A stretch of 63,523 nucleotides of DNA, filler included, from Cercozoa sp. M6MM (Eukaryota > Protista > Endomyxa: Ascetosporea): assembly GCA_040357565.1 (NCBI GenBank). It is 11 parts of 11 records of this genome, joined end to end, with 100 filler letters (N's around TTAATTAATTAA, not from the genome) between each part and the next. Parts side by side here need not be neighbours in the genome. Positions count along the whole stretch, not along the records: positions 11,020 to 15,560 come from JBDODJ010001113.1; positions 15,661 to 19,610 come from JBDODJ010001264.1; positions 19,711 to 22,699 come from JBDODJ010001658.1; positions 22,800 to 25,038 come from JBDODJ010001810.1; positions 25,139 to 32,314 come from JBDODJ010000649.1; 6 more parts are not named here. One strand, 5' to 3'. The notes beneath the pieces were generated by a model. It was given only the letters and a program-made list of their open reading frames with translations. It ran no database searches and was not told the origin of the DNA. The translations under genes and the position numbers were made by a program. Shown piece after piece: positions 12,797-26,326 of the stretch (position 1 is its first letter; every line of letters begins with the position of its first letter).

Positions 12797-13984
12797 GCAA
12801 GCACAATACGAAGCAACGGCCTTGGCTATTTTGCGACAGTGTGCCACACCTGCCGAACACGTGTAGCCTAGCTGCACACGAGTGGGGTAGGGGTAGGGGT
12901 GGTATGGAGTAGGAGTCGTATGGAGTAGGGGTCAGGGTTAAAGGTAAGGGTACGGTTAAAGGTAAAGGTAAGGCTACGGTTAAAGGTAAAGGTACGGGTA
13001 CGGTTAAAGGTAAAGGTACGGATAAGAGTAGGATTTAAAGGTAAGGGGTAGGTGGGGGGGGGGTAAACTACCTCTGCACACACGGTAGCACGAATATGCT
13101 CAACGAGCTGCGACGCCACAGCCATCAAGTCGGTGTGACGTGTCCGCGCGGAAGGGTGCTGCTCTTCCGGGCGGACGCAGACGGAACCCGAGAAAGCCGG
13201 CGACCCGTCGGGCAGGAACTTGAGTCGGACCTGTCGCAGAGCGGCCTCTCGTTTCCGCAGGTTCGACGGCGTCGGTTTGTTGCTGTGATACTCTTGTATG
13301 GGTAGTAGGTAGGAGTAGGGTATGGTGGTACAGTAGGAGGGGTACAGGGCAGGGTGGAGTGGGATAGGTACAGTAGAGTAGGGTAGAAGTAGGGTAGGGT
13401 AGGGTAGGGTAGGGTAGGGTAGGGTAGGGTAGGGTNNNNNNNNNNGTAGGGTAGGGTAGGGTAGGGTAGGGTAGGGTAGGGTAGGGTAGGGTGGGGCAAG
13501 TACGGGTCCTCGTGCAGTGCCAGGAGGAAGGCAGCGGCGTCACTGAGGTCGAGATAACTCTCGTCGATCGAGGCACGTTCCACCTACGCTGACCTTTTTA
13601 CCCCCCCCCCTTCCCCCCCCCCCCATCCACACAGACATACCAGCGGAGAGAAGCGTCTGAAAATAAGTCCGATTTTGTGACTCTCGTCGCGGTACCTGTG
13701 GACAGTACAAATGGACCGGTCAGTTGCACAGGACAGGTACGCGCGTATGTGTACCGAGCCAGAGTGACCTTGGTCGAGTAGCGCTGACTCGGCTCCGGAT
13801 TGTCCAGCACGTTGCCGTCGCCATCGACCACATCGACGTGACACAGACGAATCTGCGGACACTTGCGCTGCACGTCGGCCACCGTGTCGCTGCGCGAAAC
13901 GCCAAACTCGCGCTTGGCCTTGTAGTTCACGGCAATCACTGCTGTCCCTGTCAACGCAGCCTTAAATAAAACGATCAACCAATT

Positions 13985-14053
<69 letters not shown>

Positions 14054-14225
14054 GGAAAAGCCTACACTGCTGCACTGCCACCGGCACTTTCGACGAGTCA
14101 ATGTGCCGGCGCTTGGCCTCGACCTGCGCCATTTTTTCACATACTCGTCCTCGGGGAAAACACACAAAACTCAAGCGAACCTGCGCGTAGAAGCAATCGA
14201 GGTCTACTAAGGCTATGCAACGCAT
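11088..14225 (-). CDS. POLH: Y-family DNA polymerase eta (3' end cut)
   Basis: MRCIALVDLDCFYAQVE, VAVQQW..IAVNYKAKREFGV, KVTLARYR, VERASIDESYLDL, LGYTCSAGVAH, KPNGQT, VQGFGGK. Confidence 0.93.
12536..12794. repeat. Compound (CA)/(TA) microsatellite in a POLH intron
   Basis: Alternating CACA/TATA blocks. Similar arrays at 38900-39087 and 39457-39672. Confidence 0.95.
13380..13492. repeat. (GGGTA)n pentamer array in a POLH intron
   Basis: Tandem GGGTA. A similar array lies at about 7317-7415 in a PLRG1 intron. Confidence 0.95.
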
Positions 14226-14389
14226 CTCTCAAGTACTCCAGCAGCGAATAAGCACTTCAGAGCTCTAATTTCTCTAGTGACCGGACTCTATTTTGGCACA
14301 AAATAAAAAATGTCACGTTTTCGGGCCCATTTGACGCGTTCAGTAGGCATTGAGCAGTGTGGAAGTGTTTAAACTGCTCAACGACTGCA

Positions 14390-14665
14390 ATGGTAGCATC
14401 TGTGGCGAGGAGTGCCATGTTTTTGCGCTTCGTTTTTATGAGGATTTGCAAAATCAATCCACGTTTTGTTTGAGCTTTTCTGTCGCTTTCATTGTCGTTT
14501 GATGTGTCGTTTCTTTTGTCGCAGTCAGTAAAACTCGACATCCAGGTAACTATATCTTTCTCAAGACTACACACCTACCTTGTCTGCAATGTTCGGGCAG
14601 CGCGAGATGCTGGCGCCGTCGGAGCGTGTCAAGGCGCTCGACCTGCACCCGCGCGAGCCGTGGTA

Positions 14666-14729
<64 letters not shown>

Positions 14730-15515
14730 ACTCAACTACTCAACTCAACTCAACTCAACTCAACTCAACTCAACTCAACTCAACTCAACTCAACTCAACT
14801 CAACTCAACTCAACTCAACTCAACTCAACTTACGCTGCAGGATGCTGGTGGCGACGCACCACGGCAACATCACGATCTGGGTAGCACAATGTCTTGTCTT
14901 TCCATGTGTGTGTGCTGACCCACGCATGTGTTGTGCATGGCAGAACTACGAGACTGAAACCGCGGTGAAGCAGATCGAAGTGACGCGAGGCGGTAGCGCT
15001 GCTTTTTGCCTTTTGCTTTGTTGCTTTGTTGCTTTCTTTCGCTCTGGCGACAGCTTTGCTTTGCTTTACTTTAACCTTTGCTTTGCTTTACTTTAAACCT
15101 CTGCTTTGCTTTACAGCTTGCTTTACTTGCAGTTTTACTTTACAGTTTTACTTAAAGCTTTATTTCAGAGCTTTACTATAGCTTTGCTTTACTTGAAGCT
15201 TTGCTTTACTTGAAGCTTTGCTTTACAGCTTTACAGGCAGCTTTGCTTTTTAGCTTCCATAAAGCTTTGCTTTTCAGCTTACGTAGAGCTTTGCTTTTCA
15301 GCTTCCATAAAGCTTTGCTTTTCAGATACTTAAAGCTAAAGATACTTAAAGCTTTTGCTTTCCAGTTCTACAGCTTTGCAACTTAGCTTTGTCGAGTTTT
15401 GGCGCTGCTTGAGCTTTGCTTCGTCGCTGTGTTTTTAGGTTGTGTTTTTTGGTATTTGCGCAGCGCCGATTCGCGCGGCCAAGTTCATTCCGCGTCAGAA
15501 TTGGCTCATCTGTGG
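14390..15515 (+). CDS. COPB2: Coatomer subunit beta' (5' part)
   Basis: M|SVKLDIQ|REMLAPSERVKALDLHPREPW|MLVATHHGNITIW|NYET..VKQIEV...PIRAAKFIPRQNWLICG. Confidence 0.93.
14730..14830. repeat. (CTCAA)n array preceded by (CT)n in a COPB2 intron
   Basis: Tandem CTCAA units. Confidence 0.95.
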
Positions 15516-15519
15516 GTAT

Positions 15520-15560
<41 letters not shown>

Positions 15561-15682
15561 NNNNNNNNNNNNNNNNNNNNNNNNNNNNNNNNNNNNNNNN
15601 NNNNTTAATTAATTAANNNNNNNNNNNNNNNNNNNNNNNNNNNNNNNNNNNNNNNNNNNNTTTCCCCCCCCCCCCCCCGCAG

Positions 15683-18600
15683 GTCGCAACAGCCGAGGAC
15701 GGCGGCGATGATCACACCTTGTGTCTATGTACCACTCGCTTAATTATATCACATCCTTAACGATATCAGTGTTCCCTCTTAACTACCAAGCACCCTTAAT
15801 TACTGTGTTGACTCTCCCTTAACTGAGTCAGTGCTGGGAAGTGCCGAGTCGCGTTTCTTGGTGTCGCTGCTGCGCTCGCACCAGTCGGCGAAAGTCGAGG
15901 TTCTTACCCCCTACCCCTACCCCAAACCCCCTACCTCCCTACCCCCTACCCTTACCCTCGTTTACCCCGGCAGAAGAGTCGGTCGCACCGGCCGCACCTG
16001 GTGAGCGAGGCGGCCGAGAGCGACACGGTGCGACGCCAGGAGGTCGACATGTGCCTGCTGCTGCTGGGCACTCTGCTGCGCCTGCTGCGCCGCCTGTGTC
16101 TGCGTCGGTACGCCCCTGTGTCACATCTCTGATCGGTCGCTATCAATCACTGAGCGATCACTGATCGATCACTGATCGATCAATAATTAACAACCTTGCG
16201 TAGACGCAACAGGGCGCGCCAGGGCGTTGGTGTGTCGCCTGCCTTGCGAGTGGTACTGCATTCTTACCCCTCCCCTTTACTCCCTTATCCCCTTACCCCC
16301 CCCAGACGTGCATGCGACTGCTGCGCGTGTGTCGCGACGTGGCGCACATTCCGACCGTCTGGCGCGCTCTCAGTGTAGCCTGACCCTTTACCCCCCTTAC
16401 TCCCCCCCCCCCATACCCCCCTCCTGGCAGAGCACGGTGGACAACGTGCCGGTGGACTTTCTGTTGCCGAAGCGAGAGCAGGTACCTGTACTGTATAGTA
16501 TGGCTACACAGGTATTTGTACTGCCGTACCATGTGTCCGTTTGGACAGAGCGAGGACGACTGGCTACGCGGCGTAGCCACCTTAATGTGCAGTCGCGAGT
16601 GGACGCGCATTCTCGACTTTGGACCGCTCGCGCGGCAGACCAACATGTGGCTCAGCACGCAGTGTAGGCCTCCCCTTACCCCCTTAAGCAAAAACATTCG
16701 CACCTTTAAGAACTATGACGATCCCTTTAACACACACGTATTTTAGCCAGGAAACACGTCGATTTCGAACGACGTCTGACCGACCTGCGTCGCATCGTCA
16801 CTGGTTTACCCCCTACCCCCTGCCCCTGCCCCTACCCCTGCCCCTACCCCCTTTTACCCCCTGCCCCCGCAGAGGCAACGCGCAGTGAGCGCGAGGAGGC
16901 GCAGCGTTGGCGGCGACGCATCACCACGCTGCGCCACGAGCTGCAGCAGCGCGAGCTGGTGGCTTTGCCCCCTACCCCTTTACCCCCCTTACCCCCTACC
17001 CCCTCTGCAGGAGCGACTGGTGGAAGCTGACCGTGCGCACAAGCGACAGTTGCGACTGGTTTACCCCCCCCATATTTCTTCCCTGCCTTTACCCCTCCTC
17101 CATATTTCTTGCCTGCCTTTACCCCCCCCCCCATGCTGCAGGCTCGTCGTGCGCAGCAGGAGATCGTGGCGGCGCTTTCGTTGGACGAGCGCTCGCCGTG
17201 GTAGCCACTTGACCCTGCCCCGCCCTTTTACCCCCTACCCCCTACCCCCTACCCCTTCCATCCTTACCCCCTACCTGCAGGTGCGACGAGGAGAAGGCGA
17301 AGCACGCGCGACGCCACTGGCGACTGGTTCGTCTGTCTTGTCCGCACCCTTAATAACACTCGGATGGCTACAATAAGGGAGGGATGTGGGTGAGGTGGCT
17401 ACACGCATGTTCATTAGGACGAGCGACAGACCGCGTCGGGACTGCGCTTGCGTCTCGTGCCGGATCGGTACTTACCCCCCCCCCCCCTGACCCCCTCCCT
17501 ACTACCCTTTACCCTTTCCCTGCTACCCTTTTACCCCCTACTACCATTTACTCCCTCCCTACCACCTTTACCCCCCTACTACTCTTTTACCCCCCTCCCT
17601 ACCCCCCTTTTACCCCCCCCCCCCCCCCCTACCATTATACTTTCCCTTTACCCCCCCCCTCGTTACCCCTTTACCCCCCCCCCCCCGGGCAGACACGGCA
17701 CAGACCACGCGGCGGCGCACCGTCGCACACCGTCGGTGACACCGACCAGCGAGGTACTGCTCCCTTAATTACTACCCCCTTAAGACACACACACACACCA
17801 TACGCCCCCTTAAGTAGGCCCGATCGATGCAGTCGGTACCGCCGGACGACGTGGCCGGACAGCTGGGCGAGCACTCGAGGCGAGTGCGTCAGAAGGCCTC
17901 GGGCACTGAGCCGGGGTCGGACGCACCTGAGCCGGAGTCGGACGCACCTGAGCCGGAACAACAGGCCGACCCGGACGAGGACGAGGAACTCTCCGACGAG
18001 GCCAAGGATGACGACGACACGCTCGTCGACGACACGGTGCCCCTTACCCCCCCCCACCTCCCTGACCCTACCCCTACCTCCCTGACCCCTACCCCTACCT
18101 CCCTGACCCTACCCCTACCTCGCTGACCCCTACCCCCTGACCCCCTGACCCCCTACCCCGATGCCGCAGCGACGCTGGCGCTTCCGCTGCGTGCGCGTGC
18201 AGCCGCTGAAAGTGACGCCCGGCACGCTCGAACTGACGCCGCGCGACGTCGCCTTCTTCGCCGATCCCGACTTTACTTGTACCACTGGCTACAGTGTGGC
18301 TACAATGTATGGCTACAGTATGGCTACAATGTGGCTACAATGTATGGCTACAGTGTGGCTACAATGTATGGCTACAGTGTCGCTGCAATGTATGGCTACA
18401 ATATGTGATGGAAATGCAGACAACAAGCGAGGTGACATGCACGTGATTCAGCTGTTCCAAGAGACGCGCGCGGAACGCAAGGCGAGGTACGCTTTACCCC
18501 CCTGTTTACCCCCCCTGTTCACCCCCCCCCCTACCTGGACAGAGAGGAGCAAGCGTCGATTCGACGTCGCATCTTCTGTCGCAAGCAGGATGGTAGTACC

Positions 18601-19561
18601 CCTTCCTATCCCCCCTCCCCGAGAATGTATGTGTGTGTGTGGCTACACTCAGACGCACCGTGGAAGACGGTGGACATGTTGTGGCCGCTGAGTGACCTCG
18701 TGTCGACGCAGTTTCGGCGCTGGCAGCTGCGCCACTGCGCACTCGAGGTGCGTCGCTCCTTTACCCCCCTACCTACCCCTACCCCTTACCCTCTATCCCT
18801 TACCCCCTCTATCACTTACCCCCTACCTACCCTACCCCTTACCCCCTACTTCCCCCCGATGCAGGTGTTTGGCGTCAGCGGTCGCAGCGCGCTGTTCGCA
18901 GTGGCGGATCGGCGGATACAGGTGCATTCTTACCCCCTACCTCCCTCTACCCCCCTTGCCCCCCCTACCCCCTGGATGTGCGGGCAGAGAAAGGTGGTCA
19001 AGCAGATCTGGTCGCTGCGACCGCCGCTGATGCCGAAGCCGCAGGAGGAACCCAACGTGTCCAAACTGACTCAGCGGTACATATGGACTGTAGCCACCTC
19101 TCTTGTCCGTTTGTACCACAGGGAGAGAGGTACGTTTGGACACCTAGGTGGCGTGAGCGACGACTCAGCAACTTCGAGTACCTGATGCGACTCAATCAGG
19201 CCGCCGGTCGCACCTTTAACGACCTGTCGCAGTACCCGGTCGTGCCTTGGGTAGTTCCTGCCCCTCCCACACCCCTACCCCCCCCTTTACCCCCCCCTGC
19301 AGGTGCTGGCGGACTACGAGAGCGAGCGCATCGATCTGCGCGACGCCGTCTTCTACCGCGACCTGTCGCTGCCTGTCGGTACACCTGGACTGTCTTGTGG
19401 ACTATATGGACTGTCCGATGTGGACTGTACTGTCTGTGTCCATTTGGACCAACTGTATAGTTAAGGCTGCGGTTTGTGTAGGAGCACTGGACGAGGCGTG
19501 TCGCGAGCGATGCGCGACGCGGTACAGCGAGATGCGTCTCATGCAGAGCGACGACTTGGGG
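15683..19561 (+). CDS. BEACH-domain protein (neurobeachin/LRBA-like), internal fragment
   Basis: PH-like exons (VTPGTLEL; [13 protein letters not shown]) followed by the BEACH signature [44 protein letters not shown]....[11 protein letters not shown]. Confidence 0.92.
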
Positions 19562-19739
19562 GTAGTCTTACCCCCCTTGCCCTTTACCCCCTTTACCCTT
19601 TACCCTTACCNNNNNNNNNNNNNNNNNNNNNNNNNNNNNNNNNNNNNNNNNNNNTTAATTAATTAANNNNNNNNNNNNNNNNNNNNNNNNNNNNNNNNNN
19701 NNNNNNNNNNTTACCCCTCCCCCGCCCCGTCCTTTCATA

Positions 19740-21898
19740 CCAAGAAGTTGAGCACGCGCATCGACATGTCCGAGTCTACCCAAGTGGGATAAATAAGGCA
19801 AGGGAGAGGTAATGTATGATAGGGTAAGAGGGGTGGGGGGAGGGGGGTAAGAGAGGTAAGAGGAGGTAAGAGGGGGTAAGAGAGGGAGATAAGAGGGGGT
19901 AAACAGGAGGCAATACCCTGGCCGCTCGTAGACAGCAAAAAATCGCGCAAATCCTCCTTGACCCAGGCACAGGCGTTTCCCATCACGCGAAGCATGGCCA
20001 TCACACTGAGTGGTAACACAGGTCAGCATCCGCGTGACCAGCCTCCCCTGATCCGTCCTAGAAAACACAAAAAAGAAACAAAGTCGACTCACTTGGTGCG
20101 GTGCTGAAACTTTTCGTAAAAGTTCGAGTGACTGTCCGTGAAGCCGCTGTCTGTCCTCGCATAAAAATACAGAAAATGCAGAAACATAAGAATACAGGAA
20201 AGTACAGGAACAGAATGACACAGGAAAAAAGCGGAAATGCAGAGACAGGAAAACGCCAAAAAATACCAACAAAAATCGCGCAGAGATTTCGCACGAAAAT
20301 TCGACGCATTTCTTCTCGCTGTAGTAACTGCTCCAACGGGTAAAAAGAAGGGAGTAAGAAGGAGTCAACGGGGGGGGGGGGGTAAAGCCTACCGGATGCA
20401 TGCGCATGAGCGCCGAGGTGCGTTCGACGTCGTCAGTCAAAAAGTTGACGCATGGGATCACCGTCTGTATTTTGTGGTCACTCGGTGATCACTCACTCAG
20501 TCAGCGGTCACTCAGTACCGACAGGACGACTAGCATGTTGGCACGTGCCGTAAAAGAGCGCAGCAGCGACGGCTCGTGCCGTCCGCACAGGTGCAGACAC
20601 CTGCAGGGGAGAAGGGTAAGAGGACAGAGGGGGTAAAGGGGTAAAAGGGGTAATACAGCAGCGACAGCTCGGCCAGTGCGCGCGGACACAAGTTGGTCGG
20701 CAGTCGTCCGCGCGGATGCCGTCCCTTGAAAAAGCTAATGGCCAGCAAGACGTCATAGGCGTCCTGTCCAAGGACACACATGCTAATGTGGCTGGTCCAC
20801 TTGGCTGGTCCACTTGGCTGGTCCATTTGGACGGTACAAAACCCAATACAACCAGTGATCCATTTCGAAGACCCCGAAAATACCTGCGAGAACTGCATGA
20901 CGCGACACAGCGAGGCGAGTGTCTGGATCCACGCCTCCGGCAGCAGCGACACAGTGCAACGGTGCTCGCCCCTGAACAGACACCGTCACTCAGGTGGTCA
21001 CCGGGACAGTCACGTGGTCACCCACATGGTCACCCAGTCAGTCAGGTCACTCTGATCGAAGTGGTGTACATGTGCTGTAGAATAACGCCAGCCAGCACGT
21101 CGTATGCACTGCGATTACACACACATACACACACATACACACACGCACACGCAGTCAGTCAGTCACGTGGCCAGTCAGGTGATGACTCAGCCACGTGATC
21201 AAACACGTAGCAACCCAGAGGCTCGGTACCCCAGCAGACGCGAGAAGAACACCGGTTCGAACAGCAGACTCCTGCACAGACCAGCCAAATCAGTCCAATC
21301 GGTCACACCGTCAATCAATATAGTCGGTCAGTTGGTCAGTCAGTTGGTCAGTTGGTCAGTCAGTTGGTCAGTTGGTCAGTCAGTCGGTCAGTTGGTCAAT
21401 GTACCTGACCACTGCGGAGAAGCGCTGCAGCAGCACGTCGTCCTAAGGATAAGGGTGAGGGGAGTAAAAACGCGGGAAGTGAGAAAACAGCCTACACGCC
21501 GACGAAAGCCCGCTTCGGCAATGTTGCACAAACTACACAGTGTTTGTGTGTTGTTGTTTTTCTCTTTTCCGAGTTCAGGAGTTGTTGTTTGTGAAAACGT
21601 ACTGCGGCAGTGTCAAATCGGCCAGTCGTGCCGTGAGTAACACCAGTTCCTGCGCACACCGTGCTTTAAACTCTAGCCCATTTTACCCCTTTACCCCCTG
21701 CCAGTAGACCCACCGTAACGAAGGAAGGCGCAGTCGTTTCGGAGACTTGCAAGTCACTCTTGTTGGCACTCCAACTGCACCCATCCACCAGCCTTACCCC
21801 TACCCCTACCCCTTTACCCCCCCCCCCCTACCGCGTGTCATGCGAGTCGTAGAAGAACGAGACGGCGGCGAGATCGACACGGCATGAAGCGCGGTCTG

Positions 21899-21935
<37 letters not shown>

Positions 21936-22699
21936 CGAGAGTCAGTTGACACGTGTGCGACCACGTATGCGACCATGTGTGCGATCACTGGGTGACTGGG
22001 TGAAGGTGGTACCAAAGAGAGGCAGCCAGAGACACAGCAGTGCCGCCAGCACGTTGAAGCACAATGAGTCGCTCGACGCCTCCGTGCGCTGGTAGCGCAT
22101 CTTGCGCCGCTCCTGGGGGGTGGGTAAAGGGAGAAGTGGGGATAAGAGGGGGTAAATGCACGAGATTGATGCGGCAGAAGTCGGCAACTATTCGCATCAG
22201 CTGCGCGCGGCCGTGTTTGCCGCCTTTGCGCACAACCACGTCCTGTCGGAGCAAAAGGTAAAGGGCGTAAGGGGGTAAAATAAGGTAAAAGGGGGTAAAG
22301 AACCAAGGTGTCGCCAATGAGGGCAATGACGCTCGTCCAGTGACTGCGCGATTGACTCAGATCGGCGTCCTACAAGTACGGTATAAACACAGGCCAATTG
22401 GACACGGAACATGGACAAAATCGACCGGTCCGGGCAACTGCATCGGTTCAAACGGCGCCACACAACCAAAGAAACTGCTCGCACAACAAAGTATACCGGG
22501 GGGGGGGGGGGAGGGGGCAAAATGGGGGGGGTAAAACACAAAACACAGCCAACTTACCGACCGAAGAAGGAATGCTGCGCGACGAATCGCGGCGGCTTTT
22601 CGTTTATCTCTGCGCAAGCACCAAGTCTTACCCCCTCTTTACCACCCCCGTACCCCCCCCCCCAGATACACGCGCACCGAGTTGTCGGAGGAAGCACGT
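19740..22699 (-). CDS. Divergent ubiquitin conjugation factor E4 (UFD2/UBE4 core), internal fragment
   Basis: Spliced LDVVVRKGGKHGRAQLMRIVADFCRINLERRKMRYQRTEASSDSLCFNVLAALLCLWLPLF, then PSFVTELVLLT, DVERT and RLVTRML, following the UFD2 core motif order as recalled. U-box not in the window. Confidence 0.7.
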
Positions 22700-22969
22700 N
22701 NNNNNNNNNNNNNNNNNNNNNNNNNNNNNNNNNNNNNNNNNNNTTAATTAATTAANNNNNNNNNNNNNNNNNNNNNNNNNNNNNNNNNNNNNNNNNNNNC
22801 CCCCCCCCCCCCGATACAGACGATTCGACGACGACAGTTTCCACAGTGTGACGGAGCAAAGTAACCGTCATTCTGATTGAGGAGTGATCGCTGAGTGATC
22901 GTTGAGTGATCGTTGAGTGATGTGACTTGGCACGTGTGACGGTGTGACCCAGGAAAGTACCCATTCGGA

Positions 22970-23655
22970 TCGTGCGACATCTGGCAGTCGCCGCGGCAGC
23001 TGCTGCGCGCTCTCGACGACGCCGAGCGGCGAGGCGATCTGGTTTTACCCCCCTGCTAACCCCCCCCCCCTTTTTACCCCCCCCCCATTTACCCCCTCCC
23101 CCCGGTTTACCCCTGTCCTGTTTATCCTCCTATTAATCCCCTATATACCCATCCCTTTACCCCCACCCGTTTACCTCGCTGTTTACCTCGCTGTTCCGCC
23201 TGTTTACCCCCCTGTTTATCCCCTGCTCCGTTTACCCCCGTACGAGCAGGGCTGCCAGCAGTTGCTGCAGCTGCAGCTGGCGCTGGCGCAGTGCGACGCC
23301 GTGCGCATCGTGGCACGGCAGCACACGCAGGCACCGGCGTCGCTGTGCCACATGGCCGCTACACTGGTGCGATCACTGAGCAATCACTGATCGATCACTG
23401 ATCGATCACTGATCATGTGGCCACTCTGACTAATCATTCTGACTGCTGTGCGTGTGGACAGAACGCGCGCAAGCGATCACTTCCGATGACGTCCTTGCAC
23501 GCCTTGTACATAGCCTTTACTCCTACACATACACCTACTTTACCCCCCCCCCCCGTCCCAGAGAGACGGGCGTTGAGATGGTCCCACTGCGCCAACTCGT
23601 GAGCGAGAACGCTCAGTGGCAGCAGCGACTGTCGCGACTGCCGTTTGACATGTAG
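22970..23655 (+). CDS. 3' end of a hypothetical protein
   Basis: GC-rich exons between repeat-filled GT-AG introns, ending ...QWQQRLSRLPFDM*. Confidence 0.55.
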
Positions 23656-23718
23656 CTTTAAAGAGAGCGCGCCTTTAAATAAACGTGTAACTCAAACAAG
23701 CGTGTTTGGCTTAGGTCC

Positions 23719-24972
23719 ATGGCACTGGAGTCGATGACAGCCTCGTTGAAACCCTTCCGTCCGCGCGTCGATCTGCTCGACGACTCGGCCTTCTGGCGGT
23801 AATCCGATGCTTTGTGCTCCTTTAAACACTGTCTCAACTGACCTCGACTACAAACGAACAGAGCCTGCGAAAGACTCGCGACTGACTCGGCGACGCTAAT
23901 CGAAAAGCGACGCGAAAAACAACGTTTTTCCGCTTCAACTGTTGACGGTGCTTTTTTCTCGCTTTCGAGTCGTTTTTTGGAGTTGATATGCGATTCTCTC
24001 TGTCCACGCAGACATCACGGGACACGCTACGGTCTCTGTCACTACTCAGGACTGCCCGGAACTGGTAGTGATTTTTTATTTTTGCGAACAAGGTTGTTTG
24101 CAAACAGACTTGTTCAGTTTCGAAATTAAATTTAACTGTGTGCATAATTTTGTTTTTGCCCTGTAGACCTTGTTTGTGCACGTCATTCAAAAACTAAACG
24201 AGTCCGTTTTCTCACTTCTTGTTTTCTTTTGTTTGAGTCAGTTGGATTTTTTCGTATTTCCCAGGCGACCAGGTCGGACGTACCACTTCTTCAATCGGCA
24301 GGTACAGTGGTTTGCTCGAATGCTAGGTCGTGTGGGAGTGTTAGCGATTGCGTTTTGGGTGTTTTCCAGGGCGGCGCCTCGCATCGTCGCTGTCCAGCAG
24401 ACGCGAAATTTCGCTCGTTTGGCGACGCAGTCGAAACGGTGCAAATTGAGGTGCTTTCGCTTGCTTTGAAGGGGGTATAGTTGATTGTTTGGAGAGAGGA
24501 AACACTCAGGTGAAACTGAGAAAGTGAATTGTTTTGGCAGTACGAACGGACGAAAACTGATGAGAAAATCCTGCTTCGCGAACATTTTGGTAAGCAGTTG
24601 AGGCGAAAGTAGGGGAAGCATAAAGAGGCATAAGGGAGAGTGAATGGAGGGTATGCTGACAGGCCGCGTGCATGTGGGCAACGTGACGGACAAACGTGTT
24701 CCGCAGAAGGAAGCGTGTATCACACCGACGCGCGCTTTGTTCTCGCGGGCACTCGTGTCGCCGAATCGACTCACTCGGTAGTTTTACCCCCCCCCCCCCA
24801 CGTCTGTTTACCCCCTTGTACCCCCCAGTTTACCCCCCAGTTTACCCCCCAGATTACCCCTTTGTACCCCCTTTGTACCCCTCAGTGCCTACGGTTCGTC
24901 GCGCTTTGTGTTCGCGTGTTTCCGCGGCGAGAGTTGGACCACGCGGATGCACGTGCTGCGGGACTTTCTGGG
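23719..24972 (+). CDS. 5' part of a hypothetical protein
   Basis: MALESMTASLKPFRPRVDLLDDSAFWR followed by several GT-AG-bounded exons; no recognisable family. Confidence 0.45.
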
Positions 24973-25138
24973 GTAACGTTCCCTTAACAAATACTGTCCA
25001 AGTTGTACTGTCCAAGTTGTACTGTCCAAGTTGTACTGNNNNNNNNNNNNNNNNNNNNNNNNNNNNNNNNNNNNNNNNNNNNTTAATTAATTAANNNNNN
25101 NNNNNNNNNNNNNNNNNNNNNNNNNNNNNNNNNNNNNN

Positions 25139-25946
<808 letters not shown>

Positions 25947-26326
25947 GTGTCCCCGCTGTTAAAGTGACTCTCGCCGAACGATCGGGCCATATGATAGTAT
26001 TATTTCACAACTGAACACAGACGAGCGAAGGCAAACTGAGGACCGATTCGCCGGGCTAACTCGACATGCATAACCTAAGAATCGAGCGGAATGTGAGCGA
26101 CGTGACAAAGCCGTGTGCTGCCGCAGTCGAGTCAGACCGAGCGGATCCAGTCAGTATATCAACTGAAGATTAGCAGGTGAATTTTGGAGAAGAAAAACGT
26201 GCACTACGCTAACGCAACCTATAACCTGGGTACGCCAACGAATCCTGCGTGAAATGTCTCGCATTGTTGTCGCATTGTTGCCGCAAACTGGCACCGACTT
26301 GTGACCGGTGAAGCCCACAGCCAAGC

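Noticed and set aside
12227-12912. Long THTH/CVCV/YPTLP/YIYI ORFs in the ORF track
   Set aside because: Translations of intronic microsatellites; the real genes splice around them.
13380-13492. GGGTA/GGGGTAA arrays as telomeres
   Set aside because: They are degenerate, lie inside GT-AG introns and are oriented by gene strand, not toward a chromosome end.
26165-26187. U6-like GAAGATTAGCA followed by an Sm-site-like AATTTTGG
   Set aside because: No ACAGAGA box or U6 internal stem-loop, and U6 has no Sm site; a short chance match in convergent 3' UTRs. An Infernal scan would settle it.
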